From contig NC_042997.1 in NCBI RefSeq assembly GCF_006345805.1, forward strand, positions 86,180,001 through 86,244,000: a stretch of DNA of 64,000 nucleotides, read 5' to 3'. The notes under the pieces are model-generated. The model saw nothing but the letters and a program-made list of their open reading frames with translations. It was not told the DNA's origin and did not search any database. Source of the stretch: Octopus sinensis. Its lineage: Eukaryota. Positions 10,341-23,339 of this stretch are shown one piece after another (position 1 is the first letter of the stretch; each line of letters starts with the position of its first letter). A program made the translations under genes and the position numbers.

Positions 10341-13202
10341 TAGTTCATGGATTTAATTTTGTAGGCAGCCTAATGGCTAAATATTCCTGCACTTTGAACA
10401 CATTTGGAAGGCATTTTGATCAACAAGCTAATGTAATGTAAAATACATATTTTACATTAATGATACATATTTTACGAATGTGTGGAAGGATAAAAGGAAA
10501 AATATGCCCTTGAAGATTTATCATTAACATCATCATTATCATCCACGTTCCATGCCGGAATGTATTAGATGGTTTGACACAAGCTGATGGACCTAAAGAC
10601 TGCTTCATGCTCTGATGCCTGCTTTGGCATGGTTTCTATGACTGGATGCCCTTCCTAATGCCAACCACTTTACAACTGTACTGGTTATTTTTCTGGTAAG
10701 GCTGCTTTGCAGTTTGCTAGACTATGAACCCCTCATTTATTTGCAACTTTATGCTAGGAGCTGAGTAGGGTAAAATATGGGTAAAAGTGTGAGAGAAAAG
10801 GGCTAGAGCAGAATAGGTTTCTTGCTGTAGAGGAGCTGCATGACAACTCACATTTTAGAAGAGAGGGTGAGAATGATTGAGTGGAGCCTGAGAGGAATAA
10901 GAGAAACCTTTAGTATGCAACCACTTTTACTAACTCACAATCCTTTGCATAAAATATTTAACTTTTCCACAAAATAACATTTACAGCAAAGAAATTCTTA
11001 ACTTTCTTTCAATAGGCCTATCTATTTAAGAAACTGTTATTTTGTATTCATCCAACAAAATTCAGTGTAGCATATCTAATGAAATGTGTGTACTTATTCA
11101 AGCATAATCAAAATATATGGTTTCTGAAAAGTTTATTGCACAAGACGTTTGCTTATGGTTTCTTCCCTTTTTTTTTTTTGTTTGCTTCTTCTTGGCAGAT
11201 TTATTTATATATTTTACTTTTGCCTATATAATTTGTTGTTTCATATGAATTATTTACTTATTTGTTATGTGCAGAACCATCAATAACAAAATGTATGATA
11301 ACAGACCATTTTTCTAAGCATTTGTAAATTGAAAAAGAAGCCAAAACAAACTTTATGACTTTTATAACAATAAAAATTTATATAACGAAACCCTGCTTCT
11401 ATTTCTATACCGTATCATTGTCATTATCATCTTCATTTTCTTCAACTCTATTTACATCAATACTATCTCTAGCACTATCTAAAGTTACATTTTAGACTAA
11501 AACCAAAACGCTGCTTTAATGATAAAGGTAATGTTTCTCTGTAAATGTTTTGGTGTTTGATTCATTTCAGTTACTTTCCATTTCTATTTTCTGTTTAATA
11601 ATCAGTCTGTAAAAGAAATAGAATATCTTAAATTTCAAACCTAATATTTTAAGTGACTAACCTTCAGCTGTATTAATTTACATAACAAAACAATATCAAC
11701 ATCAACTTCAACCAAGTTGAAATCTCTTGAATTCAACTGAAAGTTATGATAAAATCAGATGAATTTTTCTGATGGGAACTGAGAACATGTATGATGATAT
11801 AATTAGAATAAGCTAAATAATAAAAGACAGAAATATTAAAATCAAGTTTTCAGTTATAAACTGTTAGTAGTTTCTTTACTGTTTGGAAACGAAAATCTCC
11901 CTTATGTCATTCTTTAGATTTTTCAAAAATTTTATTTTTATTCTATAACAATTTGCAAATGATAGCATCATTGGTTACTGAATTCTAACAGACCAATCTG
12001 TAATTCACTGCATTTCTGATGGTATTACACATTGGTACATGATGCACACATGCAAGCACACACAAGTACATCTGTATATATATGAGGAAGCCTATCTTTA
12101 TATATATATATATCATGAGTAACAAGCCACATTGCAAGAGTGCGATCATTCTGAAGTACAAAGACAGCACTATCAAAACTATAAATATAGATCCTATGAT
12201 AATAGCTTCAAATAAAATAAAATTGTTATCATTTTCACTTAATTCCATATTTTTAGTCAATACTCTTGAATTTGGTATATGCCAATTTACACAATTAAAT
12301 TATGAAATATATTATTCATATTAAATTCATATCTGTAGGAGAGTGCATTCCATTACACATTGGACAGCTATAAAAGTAGAGGAAAACAATTTAATTTCAC
12401 ACGTGAAAATCAGCTTTCCAAGAGAAATCAAGTGATGCTTTATTAAATCAGATATACTTTCATTAAGAATATCTTTGGGTCATTTATAGAAACTTCTTCT
12501 CATGGGAATTTTAGTATATATTTATTCATGCCTTCCCAAAGGTATACATACATACAAACAAACATGTACAGAAAGGTAGAGAGGTGTGTCTGTGGGGGTG
12601 GGGTGAACATTGGATGGCCTTCTGCACAGTCTTTCAAATTCTACTAACAGGGTACTGGTCAACCCAAGATGTGCCATGAGGTGGTATTGAACCCTGAATT
12701 ACATGGTAGTTAAGCAAACTTCTTGACTATACAACCATGGTTGCACTCAAAGACTAACTTTCAGTGCTGAATGTTTTTCTGTTCTTCATATATAGACAGC
12801 TTATTTTTTAAGATGTATACATTTATGTTTATATATATACTTATACATTTATTATATAGTTTTTGTTTAATGCTTTTATTGGTCTCGGTCATTACACTGT
12901 GGCTGGGGTATTTACTGTCATTCTCAATCAAGAGCTTTCAGCTGCTATATAAGTACTTGTATGCCACCTGATACTTATTTGATTGATCTCAAGATAGAAC
13001 AGAGTCATCCTGAGCAATAAGGGGCATAACTAGCACAGAACTAAATACCCCAAGGTTATTTTTTGTTCTTTTTTTTTTTTGTTTTTGACACTTCAGCTCT
13101 GTCATTCCCTCTTTCTTTCATTCGATGATTTACTTAGCTGTTTCATTCATATTTTTATGGTTATTTATTAACTGTGTTATTTTTATCTCTGCAAATTAGT
13201 TA

Positions 13203-13555
13203 GGTGCACATATGGCTTTGTGGTTGAGAAAATCACTTTGCAGCCAGCTGATGTCAAGTTCAGCCCCATTGCATGGCACTTGGGGCAAGTATCTTCTAGC
13301 ATAACCTCAGGTCAACACCAATGTCTTGTGAGTGAAATTTTGTTGACATAACTTGTATGGAAATCCATCAAACACATTTACATGCATGTTTGTTTACCAC
13401 TGTTTAACAACAGGTGCTCTTTGTTTACAGTTTGACAAACAGAGTTTGATGAATTAAGTACCAGATCTAGAAATAAGCACTGGGTCAATATCATTGACTT
13501 AACCCCTGAAGGTATGACTGCAGTCTAGTGACTAAAACCAGTAAAAAGAATAAAG
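13203..13555 (+). mobile_element. tRNA-derived SINE family A (old copy)
   Basis: TGGCTTTGTGGTTGAGAA head, GGGGCAAGTATCTTCTA core and GACTAAAACCAGTAAAAAG tail. Confidence 0.75.
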
Positions 13556-13720
13556 TAAATGTAACAGGATCGTTATGTAATTCACATCCTACTGATGTCT
13601 GTCTGATGCTCATTTTTATCAATCTCAATTTATTGAAGATCAAAGGTTTTAGTGTACCTTAAATTACATTCTTTGATCAGATGTTGCGATGTTCATGCTT
13701 TTCAGAAAAACATTAACACT

Positions 13721-13975
13721 TTAACCCTCCCTTTAGCATTCACATTATCCTGTCAAAAGTAATGCTTATTTATTCACATTGTTTTGTATTAATCAATGAT
13801 TAATTATGTTGTAATGATCAATGATCAATTACATTGTAGCTTTGAGATTTTGAAGAGGTAACTGTTAAATTTTAGAAAGATATAATAGGGTTGATGTGAG
13901 ACGCCAGATCTGGCCAGTTTGAACATAAAAGAAGTTGAGTATTTTGGTTAGATATGGCAAGTTTAAATGCTTAAA
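13721..13975 (+). mobile_element. TTAA-flanked (piggyBac-like) MITE
   Basis: TTAA|CCCTCCCTTTAGCATTCAC ... GTTTAAATGC|TTAA; homologous to the other copies in the window. Confidence 0.75.
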
Positions 13976-15414
13976 ACTTGAAGGAATTAGAATAAAACTT
14001 TAACCAGAGGCTCATTCTACTTCAAGACTACAAGCCAACAAGGTAGTCTCTATATGATAGCTCAACCTGATAGAAATAGTAGCCAAATCTTCCTCAAATT
14101 ATACTCTATGGTCTTAATAATACAGCTGTAACATCTTTGATCATAGGTCTGCTTAGTCAACACCATTCCCAATAATAATATCTGGTCTATTGTGCATATA
14201 TTTTAAAAGGGTTCTAACATCATCTTAATCTATAATTGACAGAAGCCATGAGTCCTTTTCATATTATAAGCAAGTATGTCCTTCATGTCACTGTAACTTA
14301 TATTTTGATCCTCAGGAACTATTTTTCTATAACCTGGGGTTAAACATCAGCAACTATTTGGAAAAAGGAATAGCCAAATCTTCTTCAGATCGCAATCTAC
14401 TGTCCTTAAAAAAGAAAATCATAAAAAGAACATGAGATAATAGATTCTGAGGATACACCATTTCTGGACTGTCTTTCATGCTAGGTCTGTTTGATCAGAG
14501 CTAGGACTAAAGAGTAACAACAAAACAACTTGTAGCTTACTACAGTATAAATACCATCACTAGACTCTCCGTACTTTCATATACACACACATGCTTACAT
14601 CAATCTTTTAATATTTACTCATCTCATACAAGTGTGATAAATAGAGTCAATTGGTTGACTTTTCCTAAACCAAATACATTCATCAATCAGGCTAATCACC
14701 CAATTGACTTCATCCATTCATCTTTGTTATTTGCTGTTTTATTTCTTCCAATGTTTTTTATCTTCTTTATGATAAGGAAAGAAATTAATTATGAAGTCTT
14801 TATAATGTGTATATTATAATGAAAGAGATTATAAATCATATTTACAAAAAACTTTTCCCTCGTTTTAGTTTTGGTTGTCATTGTGTCTTTGTCTTTTATT
14901 TTTTACTTGTTTCTTTCATTGGACTACAGCCATGCTGGAGCATTGCCTTGAAGGATTTAAGAAACTCACCCAAGCACACATTCTTTTTTTTTAAATCTGC
15001 TGCTTCCTCTATTGGTCTCCTTTGCAAAAACACTAAGTTATGAGGTTGTAAATAAACCAACACTGCTTGTCAAGGGGTGGGAATGGAGACAAACAGAAAC
15101 ACAAATACACTCATATAGATAGGTAGATAAATAAGACACATAAATTTGTGGGTAGGTGTACCCTTGTCTGCACATCATGTGATGATTGTAAATGAGTATC
15201 ATTTTCATTCAAGCCATGTTGTTTATTTCCAGTTTTCCATGAAAAACCTATCTGGTCACTGGAAAACATTACTTTGCATGGAAACTGGTGAGGGTTGGTA
15301 ACTGGAAGGGTATCCTACTTTAGAAAATTTGCCTCTGCAAATTCTGTGTGACCCATGCAAACATGGAAAAGTAAACGTTAATAAATAATGATGATTAGTA
15401 GCAAAAATAATGAT

Positions 15415-15636
15415 AATGACGGTAGATAGCAGAATTGTTAAAGTGTCCAGAAAAATACCTTGTGATGTTTTGTTCTGACTCTTAACATTCTGAGATCCAA
15501 TCTTGTCAAGATCAGCTTTGCGTTTCAACCCTCTGGGATCAATAAAATAAAGTACATACTTGTAAAGTACTGAGATCAGTGGTATCAACTAATCCCCTCA
15601 CCTCAAAATTGCTGGCCTTATGCCTGGACTGGAAAC

Positions 15637-15669
<33 letters not shown>

Positions 15670-15965
15670 GGCAAGGAACTGGGGGAATCATTAGTGCATC
15701 AGACAAAATATTTAATAGAATTTCTTCTGCTTTTTTTATACTCTGAGCTCAAATCTCACTGAGGTCAACTTTCATTCATTCAGGGTTGATAAAATAACGT
15801 ATCAGTCAAGTACTGGGGTCAATGGAATCAACAAAGTACCTCCCACCAGTAATGCTGGCCTTGTGCCTAAATCACAAATCACTGTTAATAGTGTTGTTGT
15901 TATTAAAAACTGCGGGTCCTTAGAGTAACAAAAAAAAATGCTGTATTTATTCTGGCTCTTTACAT
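15415..15965 (+). mobile_element. Small tandem cluster of Meta-domain SINE B2 copies separated by (ATT)n
   Basis: Two full copies (about 15420-15635 and 15668-15880) plus a fragment, with an (ATT)n spacer at 15638-15668. Confidence 0.75.
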
Positions 15966-16272
15966 TTCATGACTGTACTTTATATGATAACTTATTTTAT
16001 CGTCCTCATAAGCTCAATCAGATAGGACAGCAAAGTTGAGCTCAATGCATAGGGGAAGTAACTGAGATGGTTGGAAACAGTGCAGGCATCAGTAGGTTGC
16101 ATAAGATATGGCTCATCGTAAGTAAGGCTACACTACTAAAATAATTAAAGGTAATTCTTCGTTAAACATGCCATTCAGGAAGTCCCGCTTGCCACTGGTT
16201 GTCCATGACTGAAGTAGGGTATTTTTTGTCTGCTGAATCAGTTCTACCAACCCTTACCAATATACATATAGT

Positions 16273-16324
<52 letters not shown>

Positions 16325-18330
16325 CACTCATATGAACACACATTCAAATATAGTTGTTGAGATTTTGTCAACTAAATTTGACTCTCATGGCTTCTGTCAA
16401 TTATAGATTAAGATGATGTTTGCCCAAAGTGTTATACATTGGAATCAAACCCAGAATTATGTGACTGCATTGCAAACTTCTGAACCACACAACCACAGCT
16501 CTGCCTGCTCCCACTACTGTTAATAAAAATGTGTGTACAAAGCTAGAACTTGGGTCGGGTGTACAGTGATGAAATAAGTTGTAGTACTTGATTAGCCCCT
16601 TTATTTTATCTATTAGAGAGGTCATCATATGCAGAATTAGTCTCAGGTGGGTGGATTTGAGCTCAGAAAATAAGATACATAATAAAATACCATATACTAT
16701 TTTACTCTCTCATCTACATATTCTGCCAGATGTTAATGATATTAATTAAAACTGAAAATGTAAATTATGTACAGAATAAATGCAAATTTAATGTCAAGGT
16801 ATATGAATATGAGCAATTAAAAATCAAAACTAATTTATAAAACAATATATTATTTGGTTTATTTTTCTAAGTATCATGTCAATTGAAATCAGATTAAGAT
16901 GAGAATTAATATGTGCACTTTTATACAAATATCATTTTCTAGTTCATGATTGAGTTAATTTGAGTTATATTCAGTGAAATGTTGCTGGATTTTAATTAGT
17001 GACAGAATACACACACACAGGCTTAAACATAAACAAACATATGTGTGTGTATGTGTCTTTGTGTGTTTGCATACGTCTGTGATAGATAGATAGGTAGACT
17101 GGTAGGTAGGTAGATATACTTATGCAGTTTCTGTCTTCCAATTTAATTCATAAGGTATTGGTTGGCCTGTGATAATAGTTGAAGACAATTGCCCAAGGTG
17201 GCATGTTGTGAGACTGAATTTAAGGACACTTGATTGCAAAGTGAACTTTTTAACCACACAGCCATGCCTGTGTGCATATATAACATGCAACCACATGATT
17301 TCAGGTTCAGTCACACTACATAGTACTTTAAGCAAATATTTTCTATTACAGCCATGGGCTGGCTAAAGATGTCTGGCTAAAGTGAAACTGTGTAGAAGCT
17401 ATTGTGTATACATGTGTGTGTCTGTTTATGTGGATGTATGTTTTCGTATTTGTCCCCCACACACTACTTGACAACCAGTGTTGGTTTGTTTACATTTGCA
17501 TAACTTAGTTCATTAAAAGAAACCAATAAAGTAAGTATTAGCTTTAAAATATGTACTGGAATCAGTTTGTTCAACTAACCCTTCCAAAGACGTGCTCCAG
17601 CAGAGCACAGTCCAATGATTGAAACAAGGAAAAAGATTAACAGCGTAAAATGTATATACACATATGCACACTGAGTTCAATAGAAAAGAGAGCAGAGGAT
17701 CAATAAAATTTTAATTTTATTGTTGTTCTTTGACCTTGAGTTATTGACCTAGCAGTCCTATGATTCAAAGACATTCCAGTTCTGATCATCCCAAATTTTT
17801 CCTATGTGCAACCCAGGGCTACATTATCCAATATGGCCATTCGTGAGTTGGTGGAGATGGGATATTTAAAGAAAATATGACTGCAATTTCTAGCAGGTCA
17901 GGTGATGACTTTGAGGTTTCCTCATTGGCTTAATCTAATTTCAGTATTTACCACATAGAGGAATGAATGATTAGTGGGTAGTCTGTGCATGCTAAATGTG
18001 CAACATTTCTGGTGTCTTCTTGTCTCAAAATCTGAACATGCATTCAGCAAAGAGGTTCTTATGATGTGACAGTGATAGGCGATGCGAGAGAATTGGTTAG
18101 GAAATGGATGTTTGACAGAAAAGCAGTAATGAATGTGTGAGTGTGTAAATTTCTGAGTGTGCAGGTATGTTCAGGTGTTCAGCAGAGAGGAAATGGTGTG
18201 TACGTGAAGGAAGTTATTTGAGAATTAAATATGCCAGCATGGCAGTTAGAAATAAAAAAAATTTTTTAAATAGGTTGTATATGTATATACATACAGGCAT
18301 ATATTTGTGTGTATGTGCATGTGTGCATAT

Positions 18331-18407
<77 letters not shown>

Positions 18408-19466
18408 AAGAGAAAGAGAGAGAGAGTCAGGCAGAGAAATAGTTTGATGAAGAAAAGGGTAGCAAGTGGAAACAGCAAAACTAAAAGACCTATAAAAGAT
18501 CAGAAATATAACAAGTTCATTAAACCAGATTCTTGGGGAAGTATTAATCTTGCAATGACATGGTTGTTGCCCTGGTTGTCATCATCATTATCATCATCAC
18601 CACCATTAGTATTGTTATTATTATTGATGTTATTGTTAATATGGTTTATTCGTTTATTTTGTTTGTTTTCCTATATTTTCCTACTCTTCTCTCCACCTCT
18701 TCCTCTTTCCTTGTCAATCGGATGAGTATGTTCTGTGTAGCAAGCTACCGGCATTCCACTGCCATTACCAATGCAATTCATTTCTTTAGTTTTGTCTTGC
18801 AATCAGCATTTTCTTCCTCGTGTCTTTCGAAGAATTTCCTTGTGGTATCAAAGAAATCAAAAACCGATGCCGCCACCACCACCACCAACAACAACAACAA
18901 CCACCTCATCCTCAACTACAGTAATTACAACAACAACACCAAACACCTTTGCTGTTAACCACAAACACCCCACCTCTACCACACTTAACACCATCAGCAG
19001 CAGCAGTGGCAACGGCAATATTAACTTAATCACTGCCTTCATCATTGCCATTATCATCATCATCACCATTCACCACCAGTACTATCACCACCTCCATCAT
19101 CATCATTATTATTATCATTTGAACCAAGCTATTACCCTTATCACCATTGTTTTAGTTGCTTACACCATCTCCATCATCATTCTTCTCCAATTCTCCTTTC
19201 TCTATCACCACCATCTACATCATCATCATCTTCTGGTGAACAGCCCTATAACTCTTCATCATTATTCATTTTCACTATCATCTTCATCATCATCATCATC
19301 ATATAAACTGCACTATTACACTCTGCCATTATCATCGCCACCTTTTATAGACTACCTCTTCAGCTACTCACCCTTCTACTCTACACTAAACCCGCTGCCC
19401 CCAAACCAGATCACTATTTCTACAGTTCCTGCTTCTCCACATATCTCTCTCTCTTTCTCTTTCTCT

Positions 19467-19510
<44 letters not shown>
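18331..19510. repeat. Compound microsatellite / low-complexity block: (CA)n, (TA)n, (GA)n, (CAT)/(CAC)/(AAC)-rich, (CT)n
   Basis: Directly visible; it accounts for the 264-aa low-complexity ORF at 18771-19565. Confidence 0.9.
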
Positions 19511-19514
<4 letters not shown>

Positions 19515-20356
19515 GTCTGTGGGTTGTTTTTCTTTCTTTGCTCATGGCAGCAAGCAATACAGTAAGACTTAATCAATATTTAACATATTAAAGACATATT
19601 ATCTCCTGTACTCACAGCTAATAGCTTGCTCACCATCATACTCACACACACACACAGACGCAAGCACGCACTTTCACATGCTCATGTGAATACACAAATA
19701 TACATGTGCATACACACACACACACACACACTCTCTCTCTCTCTCTCCTGCAAACATATATCTACATGTACAGACAACTAAAAATTCTCATGTGTATACG
19801 CAAGGTACAAAAAAGGCAATAAACAAAACAGAAATGGTTCTCCATCTGTTTCAATGATGAGCATTCAGTTGTTTGCTCAACAGTTTTGTCTGTTCATAGA
19901 ATTACACTGTGCAACATGATTTTTGTCCTTGGGTAGCAATTGTTATTTCCTATTTGCTTACCTCAAGAGAGTATGAAAAATTACAAATATTTCCTTCAAA
20001 CTTTTGTTTCATTTATTTGAAACCCAAAGAACCCTTCTCAACACATGGTTATGATGCTCCCCAACTTCTTCTGCCCATCATCAGAGATGCACATATTGTC
20101 AGCCACATATTGCCATGCTCAAGTCATTAAGGTCAAGCAACTGACAAGCAAATCTATAGTACTGAACAGAATATTTGCTATAATGGTATTTCTGCTTCAG
20201 CAACTCAACACTGAATTTCTATGAAATGTAATGGAAAACAGATCAGTTTCAAAACATTGGTGTCCAGGTCACAAAAGCAAAGATTGAAGGGAATAGCATG
20301 CATTTCCTTTGATTTATTGAAAGAAGGAAATTGAAAATAACACTTACTAACCAAAG

Positions 20357-20404
<48 letters not shown>

Positions 20405-20667
20405 TGAGGCTTCTTTCAGTTTCTGTCTCGCACATCCACTCACGAATGCTTTGGCTGGCCCCAAGGCTATAGTAGAAGACACTTGCCCAGGGAGCCATAC
20501 TATGGGACTGAACTGGGAACTATGTAGTTGGGAAACAAGCTTCTTACCACACAGCCACACCTTTACACACTGAGTCCCTTGCACTCCTACATAAATATAC
20601 ATTTGCATATGCATATAGTACAGAATATGAGCAGTTTCCCATGCTCACACACACACAAATGTATGCT

Positions 20668-20720
<53 letters not shown>

Positions 20721-21302
20721 TTTAGACTAATATCATTAATATTTCATGCATACACATACATACACATACATACATACAAATACAGATTTGCAAATACAGA
20801 TATCTTCACACATGCATTCTTACAGGATCTTATATTATTCATATTCACACATACATACAAACACAATAGGTGTATTCATTCAGATGCAATCACACACATT
20901 CACACACACATGCATATACAGATATGTTATGTGCATGAACATACAAACAGAAACTTCAAATCTTATACACGGAAACAATCATTTGGATACATACACACAC
21001 GCACATACAGATATGAAAAGATTCTCACATGCTGAGAAATTCGCACAAACAAAAGCATAAAAATTCAGACATGCAGAGATGCTTAATAATGCAATTATCG
21101 ACAGTTACATGTAGAAATACATATTGATGAAATATGGAATAAAAATGTTACGTACATATAAAACAATATCAAGAAATAAGACAATAAAAAAGAATTTACA
21201 GAATAAAGTGAAAATGAAAACTAATCATAAAGGAAAAGGATATAATATGTGTGTACATGTGTGTATGCATTAAAAGACAGACAGGCAGACAGATAGATAG
21301 GT

Positions 21303-21351
<49 letters not shown>

Positions 21352-21654
21352 AATAAAAGATGTACATTTATACTCTTTTACTTTTATCAGTCATTAGACT
21401 GTTGCCATGCAGGGGCACCACTTTGCAAAGTCTCAATCATTCAAATTCACCACAGATATTTATTTATTTTCTTTTTAAGCCAGGTACTTATTCCAGCAAT
21501 TTACAATTATCACACTGCTGAAATATTGGACATAAATACAGACAACAATGAAAAGCATACAACATAAAAGAAGAAACACACACACACCCAAATGCGCATG
21601 CACACACACACACACACACACATACATGTATGTATTATCACTCTTCAATGCCCA

Positions 21655-22055
21655 CATTTCCTTGCTTGCATGTGTCTGAGGAAAATTGTTGTGTGAGATT
21701 TTATACACCTGGATGCTTTTCCTGTAACCAACCTTCACCTGTTTCCATGTAAGCTAATATTTTCCTTTGGCTGGACATTTTTTCATGGAAGACTAGAAAC
21801 AAATAACACCGCTTGTATGACAGTGACACTCACAACTATCATACAATGTCAAAACAAGGATACACAAATACACACATACATATACACATATATTCTGAGT
21901 TTCTTTCAGTTTCAATCTACCAAATCAACCCAAGGCTTTGGATGACTCAGGGGTTATAGTACAAGATACTTTCCCAAAGTGCTACACAGTAGGACTGAAC
22001 CTGAAACCATGTGATTGGGAAGTGAACTTTTTAAACTCACAGCCATATCTGCACT
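21655..22055 (-). mobile_element. SINE family A variant with RTE-type tail
   Basis: The family A head is joined to a 3' half ending in CTGGATGCTTTTCCTGTAACCAACC (RTE-tail-like). Confidence 0.75.
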
Positions 22056-22577
22056 TATAATTAGGGCTCACTTGTAATTTTCCATCCACTAATTTCCTTC
22101 AAAGTTCATTGGTCAGCTCAAGACTATAGTCTGAGACTCTTTCCTAAGGAGTCATGCTGTAGAAACGAACACTAGACCTCATGGTTTGGAAGTAAACAAC
22201 TTAACCTCACAGCCATACCTGCACTTCAGCATAATGCAATGAAGTGTTCCTCGCAAAGAACAGTGGTGGATCTGCATCTAATTGCAGCTGGTACATCCAC
22301 TACAGAGAATAAAAATAGCCACTATGGCAAAAACATGCATAGGGAATGAATGATATAAACAGCATTTTGTGTTTGTCATACTGTCTCTTATATAAACATT
22401 ATTACAAGCTATAAGAAATAATTCTAGAATGCTCATGACTTCATATAATTCAGGAAGGCTGTGATGTACTGAATGACATGTGCAAAAGTTCTCAGTGAAT
22501 ATACATGCATACCCCTTGTATATATGTGTGTAACCGTGTGTAATGTGCGTGTGTGTCTGTGCATCCATGTGTGTGTC

Positions 22578-23020
22578 GTCATCATCATCATCACCGTTTG
22601 ACGTCCACTTTCCATGCTGGCATGGGTTGGACGGTTTGACTGGAGGCTGGTGAGCCAGATGGCTGCACCAGGCTCCAATCTGATCTGGCAGAGTTTCTAC
22701 AGCTGGATGCCCTTCCTAATGCCAACCACTCGAAGAGTGTATGGGTTCTTTTACGTGCCACCGGCATGAGAGCCAGTCAGGCTGTTCTGGTGATGGCCAT
22801 GCTTAAATGGTGCTTTTTATGTGCCACATGCACAGGAGCCAGTCCAGTGGCACTTGGCAACAACCTCGCTCAAATGTTGTTTTTCACGTGCCAGTAAGGC
22901 GATGCTGGTAATGATCACACTCAAATAGTGCTTTTTATGTGCCACAGGCACAGGAGCCAGTCAGTGGCCCTGGCAACGATCACGCTCGGATGGTGCTTTT
23001 AACGTTCCACTGGCACGGGC
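22578..23020 (-). mobile_element. RTE-LINE 3' end with internal ~55-65-bp tandem repeats
   Basis: (CAT)n followed by TTTCCATGCTGGCATGGGTTGGACGG...GGATGCCCTTCCTAATGCCAACC, then about 5 units containing GCTTTTTATGTGCCAC. Confidence 0.8.
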
Positions 23021-23339
23021 CATATATATATATATTTATATATATTTGATAATAATATCAACAAGGGTATATACCACTACAGATTTTTCCATTGTAGTCA
23101 TTAAGTTTCTTGTGTGTCTGTGCATAATTAGAATGAAGATTTAACAAACAGATATAATATAGAAATATTTTCCTTCAGTGACTTTTTATTCTCAAAACAA
23201 GTGTAAATATTTGAAGGTAATAAATAAATAACTTTAATGTTTTATTTTATTTTTGCTTTGCTATGAGTATTTTGATTTGAAATTATCTATTGAAGCAAAT
23301 ATGGGTGAGTTACCAATACATTTATCGTTATTATTATTA

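Noticed and set aside
18771-19565. 264-aa ORF, the longest in the track
   Set aside because: It consists of trinucleotide and dinucleotide microsatellite translations (poly-T/H/I/S, SLSLSL); stop codons are absent for compositional reasons.
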